This document shows, piece after piece, positions 13,221 through 25,700 of a stretch of DNA of 64,000 bases; within the stretch, counting starts at the first letter, position 1, and each line of letters opens with the position of its first letter. The translations under genes were made by a program, and so were the position numbers. The stretch is from the NCBI GenBank assembly GCA_030324005.1, contig JARDVH010000124.1, positions 27,073,296 to 27,137,295 on the forward strand. The letters are read 5' to 3'. Under the pieces are notes generated by a model. The model was given only the letters and a program-made list of their open reading frames with translations, had not been told where the DNA came from and did not search any database. The DNA comes from Negaprion brevirostris (Eukaryota).

Positions 13221-13424
13221 GAAAATAATATTGTAACAATAATTATGACTGGAGTAAACTACAAGGCCATACTCATCCGTGATCAACTATCTTTTATCAC
13301 TGCATCTCTCAAAATTGCTTCCTAGTTCTATATTCATTTATAACCATCCACTGTAGAGGAATATCTACTTATTCATTCATTCAGAAATATTCATTAGCAG
13401 TTTTATATTTAGTCACAGGGCAAC

Positions 13425-13720
13425 AGGGTGGCACAGTGGTTGGCACTGCTGCCTCACAGCGCTGGAGACCCGGGTTCCTGTGTAGAGTTTGCACATTCTC
13501 CCCGTGTCTGCGTGGGTTCCCTGCAGGTGCTCTGATTTCCTCCCACAGTGTAAAGGTGAGCAGGTTAGGTTGCTTGGGAATGCTAAATTGCCCCTTTGTG
13601 TCAGAGGAATGAGAAGTGTAAATATGTGGGGTTATGGGGATATGGCCTGGGTGGGATTGTTGTCAGTGCAGGCTCAATGGGCCAAGTGACCTCATTTTGC
13701 ACTGCAGGGATTCTATGATT
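13425..13720 (+). mobile_element. tRNA-derived SINE
   Basis: Runs from ggcacagtggttggcactgctgcctcacagc to gattctatgatt. Confidence 0.8.
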
Positions 13721-14024
13721 CACATTTCAATCATTTTTTAACTGCAATCAGAATACATTTGAGATATATACTGGAGTTTCTGTTTTAAAGTCTTAGTAAG
13801 TCTTTGGTAGCTGTTTGTTTAATAAAGATGTGTATATATATTATATTATATACTATTTATGTATATATTTCATTATAGATTAACATCTTTCAGCAATGGT
13901 TCAGTTGGTAGCATTTTCACTTCTGAGCCTGAATGTTGTGGGTTCACTCTAAAACTCAAGTACAACAATTCTAGACTGACACTTCAGTGCAATGCTGATA
14001 GAATACTGCACTGTTACAGATACT

Positions 14025-14375
14025 GGGGCAGGATTTTCTTGCCCTTTCTGCTGGCAGGATCTTCTAGTCCCACTGACCACTTACCCCTGTCATGGGTTTC
14101 CCAGCAATGTGGAGTCGGTTCAATGGGAATCCCATTGACTGTGGTTGGACCAGAAAGTCCCACCACTTGCCGATGACAAGCTGCCCCCCCGCCGCAGAGA
14201 AATACATCATATGAGGACCAGAGAATCCCACCCACTGCTTACAGTGGATGGGTGGGATTTTACAGCCTCGTTTGTCCAGAAACCATAAAATCCTGCCTAA
14301 GGTCAATGGACATTTCCACATCCACCCCTCACCCGCTCTGATTCCGGTGGCAGACAGGACGGTAAAATTCCAGCG
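14025..14375. mobile_element. Two adjacent MITE-like elements
   Basis: Inverted termini ggggcaggattttc...gagaatcccaccc and gggtgggattttac...gtaaaattccagc. Related ends at ~2010, ~4300 and 15005-15142. Confidence 0.55.
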
Positions 14376-14459
14376 GATATGTGAAAAGACATTGTGTCAA
14401 CCCTCCTAACTTTATGTTACAAATCCCAAGGCACTATTTTGAAAAAGAGCAGCAGAGTG

Positions 14460-14772
14460 GATGGCACAGTGGCAAACACTGCTGCCTCCCAGCACCAGGG
14501 ACCTGGGTTCGATTCCCTGTTTAGGTCACTGTCCCTATGGGGCTTACATATTCTCCCCCTGTCTGCACTGGTTTCCCCCAGGTGGTCTGTTTTCCTCCCA
14601 CACTCCAAAGATGTGCAGATTGGGTGGATTGGCCATGCTAATTTTCCCCTTACTATTAGGGGGATTGGCCAGAGTAAATGTATAGGGGTAGGGCCTGGGT
14701 GGGATTGTAATCGGTGCAGACTCGATGGGCTGAATGACCCGTTTTTGCACTGTAGGATTCCATGATTCTATG
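14460..14772 (+). mobile_element. tRNA-derived SINE
   Basis: Contains B-box gggttcgattccc; tail gattccatgattctatga. Confidence 0.8.
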
Positions 14773-16038
14773 AGTCACCCCTGGTGTCCTGGCCAATATT
14801 TATTCCTCCAACCAATAGCACAAAAATACTTTTACATTGCTTTTTTTATGGGACTTATAGTATGCAAGTTAGCATCTGTGTTTTCCACAATGCAAGGATG
14901 GCTACACACCAAGAAGTAGCTAATTCATTGAGAAACATTTAAGATGATTGTGAAATACAAGTCTTTCTTTTGTTTTCCACATGGTGTTGATTCAACCAAG
15001 ATTACAGGTGGGATTTTCCAGTCACACCCATCCCAAGATTGGAAATTCCTGCCCAAGATCAATGGACCTTTAAATGGTCAGTCAAATTTTCTGTCACTCC
15101 TGCCACAGTTCCTGCAGTGGGCAGGAGCAGAAAATTTATCCCAAAGAGTTTATTGTGTGGACATCAGGTGTGTCAGCCCAAGACTTATACCTGTGATAAA
15201 TGGACTACACCACTGAGTTATCATCTGAGACTTTGATTTTGCAGAATTTGCAACATTTCACAAGCACGGTGTCTTGATAACATAGTAGCAGGAGCTATGA
15301 CCTCTATTATTAAAAAATGAACATTCCTTTTAACTCAATAACCTCTTTTACACAAGTTTACTCATCTTGTCTTTGATGTTTTAAAGCAATGTACCATCTG
15401 GAATTTTCATTAAATCAAATGAGAAGCCTTTTCCTGAGTACATTCGATTCAGGAATGAGGTACAACATCTTGCCAGTAGGTTGTGCTGTGTAACACCACA
15501 TCACCACAGTCCTTTCTGCCATCTGTCTAAATCGAAATCAACTTCATTTTCACAAAACAAGATACAGCCTTGAGTTTCTCACCATCTACAGGACACACCC
15601 ATAAAAATCTGCCTTATTATTTACCCAACAAAATACCATTTTTTCACAACAATGAGATAAAGAACAGTTTTAACCCCTGCCTGCCAAGAACAGTGACAAC
15701 ACATCAAGAACAGTATAAGCAGAGGGGTTTAAAATCACTTCTGTNNNNNNNNNNNNNNNNNNNNNNNNNNNNNNNNNNNNNNNNNNNNNNNNNNNNNNNN
15801 NNNNNNNNNNNNNNNNNNNNNNNNNNNNNNNNNNNNNNNNNNNNNNNNNNNNNNNNNNNNNNNNNNNNNNNNNNNNNNNNNNNNNNNNNNNNNNNNNNNN
15901 NNNNNNNNNNNNNNNNNNNNNNNNNNNNNNNNNNNNNNNNNNNNNNNNNNNNNNNNNNNNNNNNNNNNNNNNNNNNNNNNNNNNNNNNNNNNNNNNNNNN
16001 NNNNNNNNNNNNNNNNNNNNNNNNNNNNNNNNNNNNNN

Positions 16039-16188
16039 TGGGAAGAAACCAAAGCACCTGGAGGAAACCCACACAGAGACAGCAAGAATGTGCAAACTCC
16101 ACACAGACAGTGACCCAAACCAGGAATTGAACCGAGGTTCCTGTTGCTGAGGGGCAGCAGAGTTAACCATTTTGCCACCATGCCACCC
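16039..16188 (-). mobile_element. SINE head (gap-truncated)
   Basis: Reverse complement of the SINE 5' region. Confidence 0.7.
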
Positions 16189-19100
16189 ATTGATCATTTC
16201 ATTCTTGAATCTGCAAGCATACCCTTGCTGGATTGGCATTTGAGAGGTCCTGATGCAGTATTAAGGGAGTGGGGGTTGTTGTCTATTCTGTGGCCCACTG
16301 AATCACAGATCTTTTGTTGCCTGGATCACCAGGTGTGTTTCAATCTTCCATTCTGTGTAACCACTTGCAACATGGCCTGCTGTTGCTGGGCTGGTGGGGA
16401 TGGTGGAGGGTGCCAGTGGACTTCAAAGGCATTAAAGCTCTGAATGTTTATACTGCTGGCTCCTTTAGGCAGCAAAAAAGGAGGTACAAGACACATGTAG
16501 TTCACAGCTACACCACCTGGCAGGACATCACCTTCTCCGCTAGGACAGGCCTCATGGCTTCGTAGCAAATGCTGCCTATGATAGTTTGCAGGATAGGATT
16601 GACTATATACATATGTCCAGTGAGGAACCAGAACACAAGCTAGCTGGATCAGTAATAGAGTGGGATGCCAGTCTAACAATGTTCTGTCTGATCATAGGAA
16701 CATGCAGAGCTGTGCAATTTATCCAGCAAGTTCTCTAGGTGCTTTTGTTCTCAGATATGATTTCATCTCCCTCTTGCTCAATCCTAGGAGCAGCAAGACA
16801 GCTCTGGAACAACTGACTACTGATGCTCATGCACAATTCCACCATTCCATAACTACTCAAACAGAGGTTCAAATATATGGACTACTCATTTGACTGTCTA
16901 CAATATACCTTCTGATAGCTCTCATGATGTGAAATGAGCAGTATAACATTGCAGGCGTGTCTGAACATGAAAGAATAAGAGATGCAATAGTCATTATTGA
17001 ATGAGGAGGACCTAGGGGAAGGAGAGAAAGCAACAGAGGAAGAGGGATTACATCAGTATCTTGCCTCCAGTGATGACAAAAATCTGCTCCTAAGTCAACA
17101 AATCTAGTGAGTCCGACACATTCGAGAACTTTCAGAGAGATTCGGAAACAATGGTCCCAATCATAATCTTAAAGTATTTAATTATTCCATTAAATAGCGC
17201 TGGTGGGGTGGTCCTTCTTGTGCTGAACAACCTGTCCACTCTGCATACTTCCAGTGGACACTCCTGGCGTGAATACTAGTGCCTTCCTCAAAATGGCGTC
17301 TATCACAGCTCATACCAGGAATGTGCACATGCATAGCACAGACTACATATGGAGGCAAAATAGCACTGGTGGCAACACAAAACAGGTGCTAAGGAGTCTA
17401 ATTTTATGGCCGAAACCTTGTGTGAATTCATTCCAGAGAAGACAACATAACGAATTGTATATTCTGCTTTTGCAATTGGATGACTGTTGAGCTTAAAGTG
17501 TATCAAATTTCATAATTCCATGGGCACCGAACTTACAAAATATAATCCACTCTACGAATTTTCTCTGCTCCACAGACTCTCTTTAGGAAAAGAATGAAAA
17601 TTTTGATTCCCTCTTCATTGTTGGCAGTGATATGATTGTTGTGCTGTTTTGAGTTATTTTTAGTGAATTTCTTCATACATTTAGATGCAGGAAATTCCTC
17701 AATCTTGTAATGATAGATTGCGAGAAGTGAACTGGAAATGGACTCTGCAGTGAGCCTTTTAGTTATTGTGACTTATTCTATTTCTCATCCATATGCAGTT
17801 ACTATTAATGTCAATGCACTATAGTATGATTTTATTTGTAACTGATGAATCAGGATACGATGCAACCATTCTGTGGCTTTCTGAGACCAGCAGGTTTTAT
17901 TTTGCTAATATTTCACCAATGCAAATTATTTTTAAGGTTGCCATGTGGCAAAGTGCCAGCACAGAATTGAAGGAACGCAAGAAGTAAAATACTGTAGATG
18001 CTGGAAATCTGAAATAAAAGCAGAAAATGCTGGTATTACTGAGCAGATCAGGCAGCATCTGTGGAGAGACAATTGGAGTTCATGTTTCAGGTTCATGACC
18101 AGTCGTCAGAACTGGGAAGAATTAGAAATATAATAGACTTTGAGTATGTGATAGGGGCAAAGTGGGAAGAAAAAGCTGGATGTCCAATCTCTCTACATTT
18201 CCACCCCTACTAGGACGCTCTGGGAGCTTTCCACTTCCTCCTTGAATAGGGGCCTGACCAGTCCCCAACCACCAGCCAAATTGAACTTGTTCTCAAGGTG
18301 AAAAACTTTAGCTCCAATCATTTCTTTCAAATAAAAGATGTTTCTGTGGTTGTCTATATAGGTCTAAACAATGCTTGCGTTTTTGCCCATTGCCTTTGAT
18401 TCCCACCGTAATCTTCATTTCCCAGCCATTGATTCTATCCTCCCCTGGTAAAAGCCAGAGAATCTGTTTGCAACCTTCACGTCATTTGTCTGACCTTTGA
18501 GCTTCTGACTGCTATCACAAGACTTCCAATTTTCACTTGTGTAGCATCACCCAATTTCATCCAAGCCTCAGCTTGAATGCAGCTGAAATCTTCGTTCTTG
18601 CATTTTTTTTATTCACTTGCCTGAGTTTTCAAAGCACTCCTGGCCAGACTCCCATTTGCTCCACTCCTCAAACTTGACATTGTCCAAAATTATGCTGCCT
18701 ATATTGTATCTCACACCAAGTCCTATTCACCCGAAGTGTATTCTTTATACTAGACAATAGCAAATAGCATTAACACCCATGTCTTTCAGGATATGTTGAC
18801 ATGCTAATACTTTCTGTCCTACAACTGCATTGCTTCCCATTGCTTCCAGTTAACTGCTTCCCAGTTTTTCTGATTCAATTTGTCCAATTTCTTGAAATAT
18901 AATGTAAATTAGAAATAAAATTGATTTACAAAATTTAATTAATCTAATGTTTTGAGTGGAAGGTGCAGATAGTCTTATAACAATTTACATTTATATAGCA
19001 CCTTTAATCTAGCAAAACATCCTCAATGCAGTATGTCAATTACATTAAATGCCATTTGAATCTTCAGAATCCTTACCTACACCAGCATAATTAATCGCTG

Positions 19101-20189
19101 CATCGTAATCTCACCAATAAGNNNNNNNNNNNNNNNNNNNNNNNNNNNNNNNNNNNNNNNNNNNNNNNNNNNNNNNNNNNNNNNNNNNNNNNNNNNNNNN
19201 NNNNNNNNNNNNNNNNNNNNNTGATTAATCGCTGCATGGTAATCTCACCAATAAGAGACAGTAGGACTATTTAAAATGCTGTATTATCCAATTAGGTTGC
19301 TGATATTAATGTTAGGCCCAATGCAGCACTACTGAAGTTACCATTTATAAATATATAACGTATGTATAACTTTGCATTTAATACAATTAATTGTTAGGCA
19401 GAAGCCCAGAAGGGAAGTATGTTTTCAGCCGTATATAATTAGCTCATCAAAATTGAAACACAGCCATTTTATTGTTTAGTACAAGCTTTACTTTATACGA
19501 CTGGAATTCACTCCTACATCTGGGAAAGAACTTCTTTCTCATTGGCTTATCTTGAANNNNNNNNNNCCAAAAAAAACTCATCAGAACACAAATATGCCAC
19601 TTCCTGCAAATTGTACTATGTACAGAATATTTGCAGTGTTTTAATGTTAAATGTTCCCTGGAACTTTCCAAAGTCCCTTCCTTCGTAGCTTTCCTGGAAA
19701 TCCGTTCTGAGGCTGCACCAGGATGCACTGGTCCTCCACGTTAAGAATTAATGTCAGTCATTTCTTTTACTGACGTTATTGTGTAATTCCCTTTTTCTCA
19801 TTCACTTTTCCAAATACATTCTAATTGCCAGTATTTTAAAAGAAATAGTTTTACATTTCTTTAAATTACTTCACAGATGTGTTCTACTCTAACACATATA
19901 ACTCAGACTCTGTTTCAATAGGCCTTAGGCAATTGTTATAATGAAAGTTTGGTTTAAAAAAAATACAGTTCATTAGAAGAGTATTCTACTATCCTTACCC
20001 AATTACAATAATGTCTCCTTTAAAACACAGCAATGAATTTCATTTCAAAATTAAATATTAATTCAGACTAGTGCATCTACAGAGTATATCTTGGTATATT
20101 TTTAAAGTCATTCCTGTCTCTATAAAGGTTTATCCATTCATACAAAGACCATTAAAACATATACTATTGCTGTAGAAGGAATGCTTTTT

Positions 20190-21335
20190 TACTGCCTATC
20201 CATAATTGCCCTTGAGAAAATGGTGGTGAGCTGCCTCCTTGAACTATTGCAGTCCATTTAGTGTATATTTTGTTAGAGGGAAGAGTTCCAGAAATTTTGA
20301 CTCAGCAACAGTAAAGGAATGGTGATATACTTCCAAGTCAGGATGGTAATTTGTTTGGCAGGGAACTTCCAGGTGGTGGCTTTCCCATGTATCTGCTGCC
20401 TTTTCCCTTCTAGATGGTACTGGGTTTGGAAATTGTTATTTAAAAAGCCTTAATGAGTTCCTGCAGTGTACATTGTGGATGGCACGCACAGCTGTTACTA
20501 AGCATGGTGGTAGTGGAAGTGAGTGTCTATGGATGAGGTGCCAAGCAAGAAGGTGTGTCATCTTGGATAATGTCAAGCTTGTTGGAGCTGCACTCATCCA
20601 GACAAGGAGAGAGTAGCCCATCATATTCCTGACTTGTGCCCTGTAGATTGTGGACAGGCTTTGGGCAGTCAGGAGCTGAGTCACTCACCATAGATTTTCT
20701 AACCTCTGACCTGCATAGTATTTTTATGGCTAGTGCAGTTCAATTTCTGGTCAATGGTAACCTCCAGGATGTTGATAGTGGTGGATTCAGCAATGGTAAT
20801 GCCGTTGCATGGCAAGGGATGATGGTTAAATTCTCTCTTATGGGAGATTGTCATTGCCTTGCACTTGTGTGGCATGAATGTTACTGTGTATTTGACACAT
20901 TATGCTTGGATATTGTCCAGGTCTTGCTGCATTTGGATATGGACTGCTTCAGTATCTGAGGAGCTTGAATGGTGCTGAACACTGTGCAATCATCAGCGAG
21001 CATCCCCAATTCCTTATCTTATGATGGAATGAAGATAATTTGATGAAGCAGCTGAAGATGGTTTGGCCTAGGACTCCACCCTGAGGAATTCCAGCAGTGA
21101 TGTCCTGGAACAGAGATGACTGACCTCCAACAGCCACAATCATCTTCCTCTGTGTTGGGTATGACTCCAACCAGCAGAGAGTTCCTTCCCACCAACCCCC
21201 CCCCGCCCGCCCCATTCCTCTACCCCCACATTTCCAAACTCCACTCAATTCACATGAACTTCAGTTTTGCTAGATTCCTTGATGTCACACTCAGTCTAAT
21301 GCTGCCTTGATGTCAAGAGGAATCACTCTCACTTC
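20190..21335 (-). mobile_element. LINE reverse transcriptase remnant
   Basis: ITAGIPQGGVLGQTIFSCFI (PQG motif) and IYRAQVRNMMGYS. Confidence 0.75.
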
Positions 21336-21786
21336 ACTGGTACCCTTTCTGAATTCAAAAAATTTAAATGAACAGTAAACTTGTACTAACAACAAAAGAA
21401 TCCAAAATAGGTAGTGGCATTTCATCCAAAGTTTCATTTTTTCCACTATCAATAAGAATACCAGATGTCTTTATCTTCTTTGTGTCTTTGGATGCTCAGA
21501 AACATCACAGGACATCACAGAGATTTTTGTCTTTGCCCGGTGCTAATACGGTTTGACTGCACTGGGGCGCCTCCACACTCAAATAGGCTGTCACTTTCCA
21601 GACTTGACCTTGCAGCATGAACCCTTTTGTCACATAATCTTTCCTGACTTCCACCCTACCGTAGGCCTTTCCTTTTGTTCTTTTTTTTCCGGGACCTCAC
21701 CACCCGCCCCATCTTTCATTTTTCTTAAACCTATTACATATCTGATGCTTTCCTAGTCCTGATGAAAGGACCTGGAACTAAAATGT

Positions 21787-22700
21787 GGGAGATTTATTCA
21801 CGGGACCGCCAATCGCGCGTTGGTTCTGTGGTACCTGGTCCACATTCCTCTTGACTGTACACATGCTGATTTCTATTTGAACTGGAATTTAAAATGTGGT
21901 GTCACCGCTATTGGCTCTTCAATCAAGCTGAATATTATCCGTTGGTTTATTCCCGTCTTTTACGCTGCTTTCGTTTTTGTTGAATGTTGGTGGCGGGGTA
22001 CTGGCTGGCCGATGGTTCAAAATCATAAAAATGTGACGGTGTATCTCTCTCCACAGATGCTACCTGACGTGCTGAGTATTTCCAATGTTTACTGTTTTCA
22101 TTCACTTCCTAGACTCTTGCATGGAAGAATGTCCACCAGCTGCTTGTGCCAGGAGCTGAAAGACCATTAAAGCATAGCACATGGCTCACGGCTATCGGGG
22201 AGGAAAGTAGAAACTGAAAACTATATGTGAATAAGAGGTTGACAAAAATCTGCACCGGTATCCTTTTTTTTTCTGCCTCCGCCCTCATTTTTTGGTTAAA
22301 CAATGATGGCTGATGGATTCACTTGGCAAACCTCTGAAAGGAGTTACTGAGTGGACAGCGTGAATGTATTGATTTAATGTCAATGGATAATCATGAACCC
22401 ACCAGGGCCTCAACTTCCACTGTTGGTACTCACTTATCGCCCTCACATTTTTATGACTTTGAACCATCGGTCAGCCAATTCCCCGCCACCAACATTCCGC
22501 AAAAACAAAAGCAGCATAAAAGACGGGAATAAACCAACGGATAATATTCTAGGCGACAGCTTGATTGAGGAGCCAATAGCGGTGACACTACATTTTAAAT
22601 TCCAGTTCAAATAGAAATCAGCGTGTGTACAGTCAAGAGGAATGTGGACTAGGTACCACACAACCAACGCGCGAATGGCAGTCCCGTGAATAAAACTCCC
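21787..22700. repeat. Long inverted repeat: ~250-bp arms (21787-22036 and 22443-22700), ~405-bp spacer
   Basis: Arms align directly; the two ORF translations share WYLVHIPLDCTHADFYLNWNLKC. Confidence 0.95.
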
Positions 22701-22703
22701 CCA
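22443..22703 (-). promoter_or_regulatory. CpG/CCAAT-containing putative promoter of the minus-strand gene
   Basis: Retained CpGs (AACGCGCGAA), CCAAT boxes and CCCCGCC. A minus-strand AA|GTGAGT donor at ~22433 follows it. Confidence 0.4.
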
Positions 22704-25700
22704 ATTAATTGATGTATTTTTATTTTTGATGTGGGAATATAAAGAAACAAACAAATCAAATGCATTCTGAAGCAGTGAATTGCAGCGCCATCAACTGGTG
22801 CCAGTGAACTGTTTTCAAAAGTACTGAGGGACACAATGCTTTTCTTATCGTTTTACCATGAATTCTGAGAGCAACACATACTGTCCTTCCATGTAAGCCG
22901 GTCTGGTGGTTTGTGGATCGCGCTTACAGATTTTGACACAATGTACAGTTGATCGTGGGCGTTTGTAGTGGTAAAAACAAGCATTGATTAAAAATGCAGG
23001 CAAACAAAATCGGAGGAAACGTTTTGGTCTGTTATTTTAGTGTTGTAACCTTTCTGCCCCTTACAATTTTCATGGCAGAGTTTATTGCAAGTATATCAGT
23101 TCCCATAATAGAGTGGCGTTGTTCCAGATACGGGAGTAAGAACCTTTCTGGTAACTCTGGATAGTTTTTCAGCTTGGGGTGAAGATTCCTGAGACTGCGT
23201 TAAGGTCAGAGGCTGCAAGTCAAATGTTTGATAGCATCATTGCACTGCTTAATAAACGGGTACAGTGTGAAAGAGTAAGGATATCAGCCGGTTACTGGCA
23301 ATCTTTTCCTAAGCACTTCCAATCTCAGAAACTAACAAATATTTACTATTGAGTTTATGCATAAATCAATATTAAACAGGCAAGTTTTCGAAATTAAAAA
23401 ATAGCAAGCTTTGTGCTGAGTGTTAGAATGTGAATAGCGGAAGGCAGGTCAGGATTCTATAATTAAACTGAGTAAATGTTCCATTTAACTTGAGCTAAAT
23501 ATTTTATACTATTTAAATGATGTGCTCTGTGCAATAAATCATAATGCAACTGAGTTGTACTAATTTCCCAAACTAACCTGCGATGAAATGGTATAAATCT
23601 GGACTAAAGCAACGTTGAAAATGCCTTGCTCCTGTGTTGGGTGTAACTAAACTTTTCCTTTATTGAAATCAGCATTTAAATGATTAGTGAAATTCTATTC
23701 AGGCCCTACGTTAGAACTGAAGGATTCTCATTCCTCCCCGCCATAATAATGATTTCCGACTCAAACATCGACTCGGCCTGCTTTACATTGCACGTGGACA
23801 GCTGGATTTACCCTAAAGTGTCATTATGGGCTGGTTTATACAGCTCTAGTTTTAATAGCATCCGAAATTCACCATTTTCATAATGACACTTTTTCTAAAT
23901 CCTTTTAAAGATTCATCAATAAGTGTCCCTGATATCAGGTCATTGAACAGGACTAACCTTTCGATTTACAGAATTGAGGCCAGAGCAGGCACTAGTTTGA
24001 TTTCTCATTAAGAGAAAGCTAGCAAATAAGATATTAATGGCATATATTAAGTGTTTGGTAAATGTCTGGGTATCCGTTTCCTTTATTTTGATCAATAGAT
24101 TGGACAGACCGAGAGATAGATGCATATGCCGAGGTTAAAAAGAAGCAGTGTGCTTTAATCTGTGTTTGAGGAGGAATCTCTTCCTTCCTAGTCTTTTTGT
24201 AACGTACCTTTCCAATTCTGGATAAAGGTACATTTCACCAACTTTATAGCAATGAAAAGTCAAAGGGCTAAACTGCCGTGGACAAGAGTAACTGAAGAAG
24301 GATCAAAAAAACGATTACCGTCTCCATACAGAGTATTAGAATTATGTTAGGGTGATCCCACCTCTAATCCAGCCAGTGCGTCGGTGCAAAAATGTGGCAA
24401 TCGGTGTCATCGGCTAGGCGTCTATTTACGGCAATGTTTGGAGTGGGGGGTTGTGGGGCGATCCATTGGANNNNNNNNNNNATTGGACTAAATGAACAAA
24501 TCTCATCAATATAATTTCAGAGACCGTACATTTGACTGTTATCACTAGGACAAAGCCAGGATTGTTTAGTTTCGGGCGTAAACTATCCAGTAACAATGAG
24601 CAACGAGTCCATCTACCGTCAAATGTCAGATACCATCTTAGATACATTTGGGCTTGGATAAATTATTTAGAAAGATATCGAGGTTAGCATTTTCTCCATT
24701 AACACATTCGCCCAGTGAATCATGATTCAAAGCTTTCATTTGGGGCATTCCTCATGACTGAGCATGATAATGCAATAATATTGAATAATTCACACGACCT
24801 GAACATTGTTTTGGTCGGATATTGCCTTTTTGTGGATAAAGGAATTATATGACATTACTATCGTCAGCATTTCTGAACTATCCAGCGTTATGATGATGAA
24901 TATTATAGTTTGGAATCATGTATATTTAACTGTGAAAGTGATGGCACGTTATTATTGACAGTGTATGTCATACCGATTCAGCCTTGTTATCTACCATACC
25001 GGTTACATTGTGCTTTTTTTTCTTGACTGCTTAAAATGAGCAGGGAATCCAGGAGACATGTAGCTGTATTAACGGAATACTCACACCAGCACGGAGGGTA
25101 TAACAATCGAACAAATTACCTCGCCTTTAAGATGTTAAAGAGAAGGTTCCGGATCAATTTGGCCAACTACTAAAAAGTCACTGTCACAATCATCTAGAAA
25201 TAAAGGCGGGTTTGGAAAGATATCATTGAGTTCCTGGTATCAGGCTAGCCTGCAAAGACAAATACCATTTGACAATGTTACCCACCTACAGCCTGAATCA
25301 CAATAACTTCTGTATTTAAAAAAAAGGAAAAGGACAGTAAATCAGACATGAGTGTAATGTAAACCCCACTGCGGCACCTTCAGTGCTTAAATACATGACA
25401 TCTGCTGTAACAAGATCAAAAACTGCTGTAAATGCTGTCTGCATCCCACACTGGCTTGCTGTGTGTTTCCAGCAGCTCCTGTTTTTATTTCAGATCCGCA
25501 GTGTTTTTCTCCCCCATTCCTAACATCAATTGTAGCTTGATTTCCAATCGCTTCATCAAGCAGTCAGAGAGGCCACAAGTAAACAAAGGATTTGTTTCTC
25601 TCTCTAGCCGGTTCTTAATGCCAGACTTGTGTAAACAAACACTTCTGTGTCACTTATCAGGTTTACAGATATGTTTGCTTAGAAAAAAAAGGGCAGCGAC

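Larger units (their letters stand above)
1..22288 (-). pseudogene. Candidate decayed meckelin/TMEM67-like gene (multi-exon, runs off the window start)
   Basis: Colinear minus-strand segments at ~22288-22095, ~21620-21391, ~19745-19492, 17580-17417, 11792-~11590, 3296-3131, 2296-2139 and 232-1 resemble successive parts of human meckelin as recalled. Several have AG/GT boundaries. In-frame stops and frameshifts are present. Confidence 0.6.

Noticed and set aside
19069-19253. Direct repeats flanking gaps (also 32519/32640, 55749/55865, 58366/58474)
   Set aside because: Identical sequence on both sides of N runs indicates unmerged contig overlaps, not biological repeats or a CRISPR-like array.
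21820-22754. Two similar ORFs (116 aa + and 103 aa -) as duplicated genes
   Set aside because: By-product of the inverted repeat; non-ATG starts, an indel breaks the frame, and no recognisable domain.
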